NCBI GenBank assembly: GCA_963740315.1
Contig: CAVUDP010000004.1
Coordinates: 896,001-960,000, forward strand
Direction of reading: 5' to 3'
Source of the DNA: an uncultured cyanobacterium
Lineage (GTDB): Bacteria; Cyanobacteriota; Cyanobacteriia; Cyanobacteriales; Nostocaceae
Length of the DNA stretch: 64,000 bases
This document shows positions 20,487-28,707 of the stretch, piece by piece (within the stretch, counting starts at the first letter, position 1; the number at the start of each line of letters is the position of its first letter). The notes beneath the pieces were generated by a model, which searched no databases, was not told where the DNA came from, and saw only the letters and a program-made list of their open reading frames with translations. The position numbers were made by a program, and so were the translations under genes.

Positions 20487-20744
20487 AATTAGTAAAATAA
20501 TATATCAAGGTTAAATTTTGTTTTTTTAAGCAATTTCATTTATACTGAAGCTTAACTTTACTTGCAGTTATTACTCTACCGAAAAACTACGGAAAAGTTT
20601 AATTTTTGGTTGAATAGTTAATTTTAATATTACAAGTTCATCGACATAAAGACTTAAGTAAATTAACGTAAATTGAATTATGTCGAATATAATATTTTAT
20701 ATACCTTTTCGAGAATCATCTATTGCAGGAAAATGCGATAGAGA

Positions 20745-20870
20745 TATAGCAATCCTAAACAATTTGTCAAAAATGACGTTTATTAAAATCTAAAATAGTA
20801 GTGTTCGCATTTTGTTCGATAATGCCAGCAAGCAAGATGCGATCGCTACTTATAATTTTATAAATCGTTT
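20745..20870. mobile_element. Decayed MITE-like element (ATATAGCAATCCTAAA end) with a REP-like core
   Basis: Terminus resembles a common Nostocales repeat end (from memory); inner gtagtg...gcatttt / aagatgc...ctac imperfect palindrome; right end degenerate. Confidence 0.4.
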
Positions 20871-21415
20871 ACTCCTGTCTCGCTCCTGGCGATTACCTAT
20901 AAAATTTCTCCCCCTCTTCCCCCTCACTCAACGCCGGTAATCATAAAGCCGGGAAGGGAGTAATAGGGCGATCGCTAAATTTATCTAAATTATTCTCAAT
21001 AGCAATTGATTCGGCGAAGAGTAATTTAAAGTATGAATTATCAATAATACCGTCTGTGCATTGTTTAGCAATTCTTAAAAAGAAATACTATAGATTTATT
21101 TATTTAACTTTTGCCATATAAAAGATTTTTAATTCAACTTCAATACAATTTGAAAAACCCCCTTTTAAAGGGGGCTTAGGAAAATCTACCGCGTGAAGTA
21201 TGTTATTTACTTATCCTACAACCGTTTTACTTGGTCTTTTCTCAACCTTGTACATAACTCTAATCGAAGTCATGTGACAATACCGTGACACAAGTTATAC
21301 TGCTTAAATAACTGCTTAAATGAAAAATTACCTTAATAATAAAAAAATACTATTTATAATTTATTTATAATATTTATGGGGAAAAGGTTCCCCCATGAAT
21401 CTACATCTACTCTCT

Positions 21416-21739
21416 TCAATACGCATCTTCAACTTCCAATTGAGCCACAGTCACGGCATTAAATGCAAACGCTGCAACCATTGGTATCGGACATCTCAAC
21501 CAATAAGTAACACCTGCGGCGATCATTGTGGCAATTACTGCTGCGATCGACCAAATGCGTTCTTCGCAAGTCAAACCTTTTTCTGCTTTAATTGTTCTAA
21601 GAACTTTTGTTGGAATTGGCTCTGGCATTACCGCACCTGGAGGAAAAGCCCAGAAGTTATTACAGCGCTCTATATATAGATCCGTCCAACCATTATCTTG
21701 GCACCATTGGTTAATCCATTCATCGTTGTAATGTCTCAT
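21416..21739 (-). CDS. Conserved cyanobacterial membrane protein (slr1957-like)
   Basis: EWI.QWCQDNGWTDL...WAFPPGAVMPEPIP plus C-terminal TM pair; ATG at 21739 preferred over 21775. Confidence 0.7.
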   Translation of the reverse strand: MRHYNDEWINQWCQDNGWTDLYIERCNNFWAFPPGAVMPEPIPTKVLRTIKAEKGLTCEERIWSIAAVIATMIAAGVTYWLRCPIPMVAAFAFNAVTVAQLEVEDAY

Positions 21740-22274
21740 CGGATTGGTAACAAGTCGATTTAAGTTGTTTAACATAATTTTCCAAATAAGAATAAATAGA
21801 AATTTCTCGATTAATACTCATAGTTAACAATTCTCTCTACCGAAAATTTGTAACTATGAAATGTGAAGCTTTGTTAAATAGATATTAGGCTTTCACTAAT
21901 TACAAGATTAACAGTACTCCCGATATTCTTTCGTTAAATGATAATAAACTTTATCTATCTGCTTGAAAGTAAATTTTTCTAAACTATTGCTAAAGGCGAT
22001 CGGCTATTTATTTAAACAAATGTAAAGTTTTTTAGCAATATGAATCAGTTCTCATTAAAACAAGCAGCATTTAATAATTCAAAGCGATTAGAAAACCCTG
22101 TTTGTTAAGAATTATATGGCTCTGCTGAGCTTGCGCCTTCCAGAAATCAAAACGGATTACTTCTTGACTTAATTTTTGTAGCGATAGATGAGGTAAGCTT
22201 AATTTCAGGATGGGATTTTCTGGTGAAATACAGGTAGCAGATTTAACTAATGTAATGGTACTAGTAAACTTAAC

Positions 22275-23489
22275 GTGCAAATGAAACGTGTTGGTGTAAT
22301 TGGTGGCGGACAATTAGCATTAATGATGGGTGCTGCGGCGAAAAAGTTAGGAGTAGAATTAATTGTGCAAACTCCTAGCGATCGCGATCCTGCTGTTGGT
22401 ATTGCTGCCGATAGTATTTTTGCGGCGGTTGACGATGCTACTGCCACAACTGAATTAGCTGCAAAATGCGATGTTATAACTTTTGAAAATGAGTTTGTCG
22501 ATCTAAAAGCTTTATCTCAAGTTGCTTCAAAAGGCGTTCGTTTTCGTCCTCGAATCGAGGCGCTATTTCCTCTTTTAGATAAATATCATCAACGCTGTTT
22601 TTTACGCGATTTAGGTATACCTGTTCCTAAATTTATCTTGCCTGAATCATTATTCGCCGTTTCATCTGGGAAAGAGCAATATACGAAATCCGATCGTCGG
22701 GATGATTTTGAATTAAGCTTTCCGTGCGTATTAAAAGCTCGTCGTCACGGTTATGATGGTCAAGGTACTTTTATCATCAAAGATTTAATTACTTTGGAGC
22801 AAAAGCTGCGTTTGGAAGAACAGGATAAAAATCAAGAAAATCAAAATAATAATTTAATTGAAGGACATTTTTTATTAGAAGAATTTATACCTTTTGAAAA
22901 AGAATTATCCGTAATTGCAGCACGTTCGGCAAGTGGTGAAATTTCTCAATTTACAGTAGTAGAAACCCAACAAGAACAACAAGTTTGTCGGCGAGTTATT
23001 GCACCTGCACACATCAATCCCCAGATAGATAAAATTATTCAGGATATTGCTTGTACTATATTAAATAGTTTGCAAGTTGTAGGGATTTTTGCCATTGAAC
23101 TTTTCTTGAGTGATGGTGTTCAAGTATTAGTCAATGAAATTGCACCGCGAACTCATAATTCCGGACATTTTTCTATTGATGCCTGCTTTACTTCGCAATT
23201 CGAGCAGCACTTAAGGGCAGTATGCGATTTACCTTTAGGCAACGTGGCGATGAAAAATGCTTGTGCTATTATGGTAAATTTATTAGGTTATGAAACACGA
23301 GTAAGCAACTATATCGATAAGCGCTCTTTACTAGCAAAAATTCCTGGAGCGCACCTCCATTGGTACAATAAATCAGAATCTCGTCCTGGGCGTAAACTCG
23401 GACACATTACGGTTTTATTTGATGAATTAAATCGTGATGAAGCGATGACAATTGCTCGAAATATCGAGGATGTATGGTATTCTCAATAA
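22275..23489 (+). CDS. purK: N5-carboxyaminoimidazole ribonucleotide synthase
   Basis: GGGQLA.M, TFENE, GYDGQG, NEIAPRTHNSGH, RPGRKLGH. Confidence 0.96.
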   Translation: MQMKRVGVIGGGQLALMMGAAAKKLGVELIVQTPSDRDPAVGIAADSIFAAVDDATATTELAAKCDVITFENEFVDLKALSQVASKGVRFRPRIEALFPLLDKYHQRCFLRDLGIPVPKFILPESLFAVSSGKEQYTKSDRRDDFELSFPCVLKARRHGYDGQGTFIIKDLITLEQKLRLEEQDKNQENQNNNLIEGHFLLEEFIPFEKELSVIAARSASGEISQFTVVETQQEQQVCRRVIAPAHINPQIDKIIQDIACTILNSLQVVGIFAIELFLSDGVQVLVNEIAPRTHNSGHFSIDACFTSQFEQHLRAVCDLPLGNVAMKNACAIMVNLLGYETRVSNYIDKRSLLAKIPGAHLHWYNKSESRPGRKLGHITVLFDELNRDEAMTIARNIEDVWYSQ

Positions 23490-23554
23490 ATTAAAAAGAA
23501 AATAAAAAAGAATGCTATAAAAATTATTTATTACACAACATCATTTTTGAAAGT

Positions 23555-23560
23555 TATAAT
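23555..23560 (+). promoter_or_regulatory. -10 element TATAAT of the 6S RNA gene
   Basis: Perfect TATAAT 6 nt before the predicted 5' end. Confidence 0.65.
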
Positions 23561-23566
23561 AGGTTT

Positions 23567-23747
23567 GTTGCACTGCGACGTTGGTGACTGCCAAACAGTT
23601 TTGTGATCTATGATTTTTATGATATGGGAACTTAACAGTTTCGTGGCAGTAAACCGGGCTTGCACCCGGAAACTTTAAACGAGATAAATTAGTTCCCCCC
23701 TGGTTAAACCAGGTCATAAACTAAGGTAAAACGGCGTTGCGGTGAAC
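23567..23747 (+). ncRNA. ssrS: 6S RNA (SsrS/SsaA)
   Basis: ~181 nt; 5' gttgcactgcgacgtt pairs with 3' ggcgttgcggtgaac; inner ctgcca/tggcag, ccggg/cccgg and cctggtt/aaccagg stems; position downstream of purK is the known cyanobacterial synteny. Confidence 0.88.
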
Positions 23748-23750
23748 TTA

Positions 23751-23800
23751 AAAAATAAAGCCTCTCAAGTCACTTTTCGGTTTGAGGGCTTTATTTTTTT
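23751..23800 (+). terminator. Rho-independent terminator of 6S RNA
   Basis: aataaagcc.ctcaa / ttgagggctttatt stem followed by a T run. Confidence 0.8.
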
Positions 23801-24073
23801 GATGATTTTTTACATATTAATTAAAAAAGTTATTTAGCACGCAACAAATATGACCACAATACTGATGAAAGCATCAACTTTTACAATAAAAATGTCATAT
23901 TTACCATGTTGATATTGTGCGTATTTTATTTATAATTTAGTTTTCATATAATTAGAGAAAAAACAGTATCAGAAATATCTAAATTTTTCAAAGTTTGTTG
24001 AATAATAAATTAAATTTAATGCAAATAAAAGCTGATAGAATTATTTAATATTCTTATACCAATAAATAGTACC

Positions 24074-25318
24074 GTGTTTCCAGCCTCAGTCTTCAAAATA
24101 GACAACGGGTTAACTTTGATTCATCAAGAAATATCTACCACTCCCGTAGTTGTGGCGGATATTTGGGTTCGTGCGGGTGCCACTCTAGAACCAGAATCTT
24201 GGTGTGGAATGGCTCACTTTTTAGAACATATGATTTTCAAAGGTACCAAGACATTAAAGGCAGGAGTATTCGATCGAACAATTGAAAGTAAAGGTGGAGT
24301 AAGTAATGCTGCTACTAGTTACGATTACGCTCATTATTCGCTAACAACAGCTTCTACTTATCTTGAAGAGACTTTACCTTTAATGGGTGAATTATTGCTG
24401 AATGCAGCCATACCCGAAGAAGAATTCAACAGCGAGCGCAATGTAGTATTAGAAGAAATTCGTCAAGCATCCGATAATCCCGATTGGATCGGTTTTCAAG
24501 CCCTTTATAAAAACATTTATCAGCAACATCCTTATGGACGTTCGGTTTTAGGAAGCGAAGAAAACATTGCCTCTCACAAAGTACAGCAACTCCGTACCTT
24601 CCATCGCGCTCACTATCAACCCTCGAATATGACAGTAGCGATCGCCGGAGGGATTAATTCATCGAAAGCCTTGGAATTAGTCAATCAGGCTTTTAATCAA
24701 TTTGCCCCACCCCCTACAGATTTTCCTTTTACAAAGAAAGCTACAAAACCAAAAATATCTGGAATTCGTCGTCAATCCATCCAATTACCCAGAATCCAAC
24801 AAGCTCGTTTAATGATGGCATGGGTAGCACCAGGAGTAGAAAAACTTCGCGTCGGTTATGCTTTAGATTTACTTTCGGTAATTTTAGCAGGAGGACGAAC
24901 TTCGCGATTAGTACGCGATTTGCGAGAAGAGCAGCAATTAGTAAGCGGCATTTACAGTAGTTTTTCACTACAAGAACAATCCAGTTTATTCACTATCAAT
25001 GCTTGGTTAGAATCGGAACAATTAGAGCGCGTAGAAGCATTAATTCGACTTCACTTACAAGAAATTAACTGGGAAATTAACGAGCAAGAACTTACCCGCG
25101 CCAAGCGTATATTATGTAATGATTATGCTTTTTCAACAGAAACGCCAAATCAATTAGCGGGACTTTATGGATACTACAACACAATTGCAACAGCCGATCT
25201 ATCAGTAACTTATCCCCAACAAATTCAATCTTTTGACGTTAAAGAACTGCAAAATATTGCATCTAAATATCTTTCAGTCGATAATTACGCGGTAACAGTA
25301 ATTAAACCCTCTTGGTAG
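24074..25318 (+). CDS. M16 family zinc peptidase, catalytic subunit
   Basis: HFLEH inverted zinc motif, NAATS.D, ER.VVLEE, HPYGR. Confidence 0.93.
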   Translation: MFPASVFKIDNGLTLIHQEISTTPVVVADIWVRAGATLEPESWCGMAHFLEHMIFKGTKTLKAGVFDRTIESKGGVSNAATSYDYAHYSLTTASTYLEETLPLMGELLLNAAIPEEEFNSERNVVLEEIRQASDNPDWIGFQALYKNIYQQHPYGRSVLGSEENIASHKVQQLRTFHRAHYQPSNMTVAIAGGINSSKALELVNQAFNQFAPPPTDFPFTKKATKPKISGIRRQSIQLPRIQQARLMMAWVAPGVEKLRVGYALDLLSVILAGGRTSRLVRDLREEQQLVSGIYSSFSLQEQSSLFTINAWLESEQLERVEALIRLHLQEINWEINEQELTRAKRILCNDYAFSTETPNQLAGLYGYYNTIATADLSVTYPQQIQSFDVKELQNIASKYLSVDNYAVTVIKPSW

Positions 25319-25507
25319 GAGATGGGGAGATGGGGGAAGAGGGGGAAGATGGGGAGTACTTCGACAAGTCTTACAGTGAGCTACGTCGAACTGCTCAGTA
25401 ACCTTTGGGGAGATGGGGGGATGGGGAGAAATCTAAAATCCCCAAATTATAAAACTATTATTTAAAATCTAAAATCCAAAATCTAAAATCCAAAATCCAA
25501 AATCTAA
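25317..25507. repeat. STRR arrays: GGGGAGAT-type with a nested hairpin, then (AAAATCT/C)n
   Basis: Directly visible tandem units; ttcgac...gtcgaa stem at ~25360-25390. Confidence 0.8.
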
Positions 25508-26779
25508 ATGACAACCTTGCCAAAATTATCGAATTTCCATCGTACTGAATTAAAGAATGGCATAGTAGTGCTAGTTACGGAAAATTTGACTGCTGATATT
25601 ATCGCGACTCGAATATTTATCCGTGCTGGAAGCTGTTATGAAAAGTCAGAAAAAGCGGGGTTGGCGAATTTACTCGGTGCCGTGCTAACTAAAGGATGTG
25701 ACGGACTTTCAAGCTTAGAAATTGCCGAACGTGTGGAGTCTATTGGGGCGAGTTTGAGTGCCGATACTGCAACAGATTACTTTGTTTTTTCCTTGAAAAC
25801 CGTTACAGCAGATTTTACTAAAATGTTGGAATTGGCGACAAGAATATTGCGATCGCCAACTTTTCCAGAAGCTGAGGTGGAGATGGAAAAGCGGATTGCC
25901 CTGCAAGATGTGCGCTTGCAAAAGGAACAGCCTTTTAACGTTGCATTTGAGCAATTACGGCAAGTTATGTACAAAAATCATCCTTATGCATCGTCGGGAT
26001 TGGGGGATGAAACAACTATTGCTGGTTTGACTCGTGAGGATTTAGTCGAGCATTATCAAACTTATTTTCGTCCAGATAATATAGTTATTAGTATTGCAGG
26101 TCGTATTTCATCTCAAGATGCAGCGCAACAGGTAGAAAAACTTTTTGGCGATTGGCACACTTCTGTAGATAAGCCGCCAGCTATGAGCGTGTCATTTCCT
26201 CAAACAAAACCCCAACAAGTACTTACCCCCCAAGCAACACAGCAATCGGTAATTATGTTGGGTTATTTGGGTGCTTCCGTGCATTCTCCCGACTACGCAG
26301 CTTTAAAATTACTGGCTACCTATTTAGGAAACGGGCTTTCCAGTCGTTTATTTGTGGAATTACGCGAAAAACTCGGCTTAGCTTACGATGTGTCCGCATT
26401 TTACCCTACAAGACAATTTTGCAGTTCCTTTGTAGTCTATATGGGTACCGCAGCAGAAAATACTACCATAGCTTTAGAAGGATTACGAAAAGAAGTTGAT
26501 TTGCTTTCTAGTAGTAAGCTAGAAGAAAGCGCCTTACAAGTTGCGAAAAACAAAATTCTGGGACAATATGCCTTGGGCAAACAAACCAACGGACAGATTG
26601 CTCAGATATACGGTTGGTATGAAATTTTAGGTTTAGGCACTGCCTTCGATCGAAAATTTCAACAAGATATCGCAGCTTTAACCAGTGCAGACACTATAAA
26701 GGCAGCTTCCGAATATTTAAAGGAACCATTTGTGTCTGTAATCGGTCAAGAAGAAGCTATTAACCGTGTAATTGCGTAG
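25508..26779 (+). CDS. M16 family peptidase, non-catalytic partner subunit
   Basis: HXXEH replaced by NLLGA; SSRLFVELREKLGLAY. Confidence 0.9.
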   Translation: MTTLPKLSNFHRTELKNGIVVLVTENLTADIIATRIFIRAGSCYEKSEKAGLANLLGAVLTKGCDGLSSLEIAERVESIGASLSADTATDYFVFSLKTVTADFTKMLELATRILRSPTFPEAEVEMEKRIALQDVRLQKEQPFNVAFEQLRQVMYKNHPYASSGLGDETTIAGLTREDLVEHYQTYFRPDNIVISIAGRISSQDAAQQVEKLFGDWHTSVDKPPAMSVSFPQTKPQQVLTPQATQQSVIMLGYLGASVHSPDYAALKLLATYLGNGLSSRLFVELREKLGLAYDVSAFYPTRQFCSSFVVYMGTAAENTTIALEGLRKEVDLLSSSKLEESALQVAKNKILGQYALGKQTNGQIAQIYGWYEILGLGTAFDRKFQQDIAALTSADTIKAASEYLKEPFVSVIGQEEAINRVIA

Positions 26780-26916
26780 CGGCAGTCTAGGCATTTACTT
26801 AGCATAAATTGCTTACTATTTGTAGCTTTTTTAAGCATTTACACTGCTGTTACGATTTAAATTTATACTGGTTAATAGATAGTGTAATTGTAAGAGATTT
26901 GCCGGGGGCACAAACC

Positions 26917-27897
26917 ATGATAGGTACAAGAAAACTAAGTATTGTTGAGTACTTACGCTCGCTCGTATCTTTTCGTTTCCTTCCGAAAAGTAGGTTTTAT
27001 TGGTTACTTCTAGTTTCCTCAACTCCTCTGTTATTTGGTTCCTCTATTGGAGTATCAATTGCAGCACCGCAACAAAAGATTGCTCAGGTAGTTGTAGAAG
27101 CTAACATGAACCGTCCTACCCTTAAATTAGGTAGCAAGGGAGTACCTGTAAGAGAATTACAAGGCGCTCTAAAACTTTTAGGATTTTATGGAGGTGAAGT
27201 CAATGGTGTTTTCACCGAAGCAACTAAAAAAGCAGTTTCGGGTTTTCAGCAAGCAGCAGGTTTGAAAGCTGATGGGGTTGCAGATACGAATACTTGGCAA
27301 ACCCTTTTTCCCAATAACATAGCTGTATCGGAATCGACAAAAGTAACTAGCACTCCTACACCACCTCCTTCTATTGATAGCTTCCCCATGCCCACAGAGT
27401 CATTCGGCAGCGTTAGGGTGGTGAATAATTCTACACAGCAACAAAGAACATTAACAACTGCCGCAAATAGTCCATTTAGGATTGTTACGCCTTCACCAGA
27501 GCCACAACCAGCAACGCCACCTAGAAATCCCAAACCGACATCAGTAAAACCAAAACCTCGTAATACTACCACGCGGCAGAAACCCGAACAAAGACAAGCT
27601 GCGACTACACGCACTCGTCAAACCACACGTACTCGTCAAACCAGCACAACTACTCAGAAAAAAACTCCCGCAATTCAATATACCGCCCAAGGATTACCGA
27701 TTTTGCGTTTGGGAATGCGAGGTTCTCAAGTAGTCAAAGTACAGGAAAAGTTATCCAACTTAGGATTTCTTAAAAGTGTTGATGGAGATTTTGGCCCCGT
27801 AACAGTAGAAGCAGTAAAAGCCTTTCAAAAGCGCAACGGTTTAGAACCCGATGGTGTTGTTGGAGGAGCTACTTGGCAACTTTTAGATAAACGTTAA
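26917..27897 (+). CDS. Secreted protein with two peptidoglycan-binding domains and a Pro/Thr-rich linker
   Basis: PTLKLGSKG..V.ELQ..L...FQ...GLKADG and PILRLG.RG..V...Q...DGDFG..T..AVKAFQ..NGL.PDGVVG; ATG at 26917 preferred. Confidence 0.85.
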   Translation: MIGTRKLSIVEYLRSLVSFRFLPKSRFYWLLLVSSTPLLFGSSIGVSIAAPQQKIAQVVVEANMNRPTLKLGSKGVPVRELQGALKLLGFYGGEVNGVFTEATKKAVSGFQQAAGLKADGVADTNTWQTLFPNNIAVSESTKVTSTPTPPPSIDSFPMPTESFGSVRVVNNSTQQQRTLTTAANSPFRIVTPSPEPQPATPPRNPKPTSVKPKPRNTTTRQKPEQRQAATTRTRQTTRTRQTSTTTQKKTPAIQYTAQGLPILRLGMRGSQVVKVQEKLSNLGFLKSVDGDFGPVTVEAVKAFQKRNGLEPDGVVGGATWQLLDKR

Positions 27898-27933
27898 TTG
27901 TTTGGTGAATTAATTTAATATCAGATTTTTTTA

Positions 27934-28411
27934 GGGTGCGTTATCGCCGTCATGGTAACGCACCATTATTGTTTTTGATATCAAGTTTGGTAAGTGGCGA
28001 TCTGCTTGCAGCAGCGCTTCGCTATCGCAATTAATTCACAACTTGCACCATCAAAAGGCTTCGTTTTTACCTACCTGGGACTGCAAGTCCCAAGCTAATA
28101 GCATAAGTCCATTAAAATGGACTAAAAATATCGCGAGATTCAATTGGCAATATTTTTAATTATAAAATTTTAACTACAATAAAAAATTTACATAGTCGTC
28201 TTCAGCCGACTTTCGCTAATTGGTTCCTCTTAATTGCATTCCCTGGTGGGTGTTGTGCAAAAAACTCAAACCTGAGAAAAGCTACCACTGGGGAATTTTA
28301 TCAAGTTTGGTTAATTACTTATAAAACGTCATTGCGAGCGGAGCGATAGCGTAGCGAAGCAATCGCAGGGTTTGGGATTGCCACGCTCCACTCCGTTACG
28401 CTCGCAATGAC
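27934..28411. repeat. Cluster of stacked REP/MITE/SDR-like palindromes
   Basis: ggtgcgtta/taacgcacc; split HIP1 27997-28028; tgggact/agtccca; agtccatt/aatggact; gtcattgcgag/ctcgcaatgac 28328-28411; tatcaagtttggt at 27979 and 28299. Confidence 0.75.
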
Positions 28412-28707
28412 AAGTATGTAAGCTTACAAAATATAAGAAATAAAACATCACCAGGACAAATGCGGCTTCCTTGGGATGTAGTGAAGGTTGTAGATTCCGC
28501 AAGTGAGCAAGGTAGCCGAAAAATTCGTGATGGCTAATTGTTACGATCCTAAAATCGCGATGCAGTTTTTCAATGATGCTTAAGTAATTCAGTCAGAAGT
28601 TTACCTTTGACCTTTAACATGCAGACCTTTGACCTTTGTTGGAGCCTATGTTTTCGTAAAAAATCTTCTATTTACAAATTTTAATAAAGAACTGGAACGC
28701 CTATATG

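Noticed and set aside
28440..28640. Moderately GC-rich stretch with a short frame (PGQMRLPWDVVKVV...)
   Set aside because: May be a gene remnant, but too short to assign without a search
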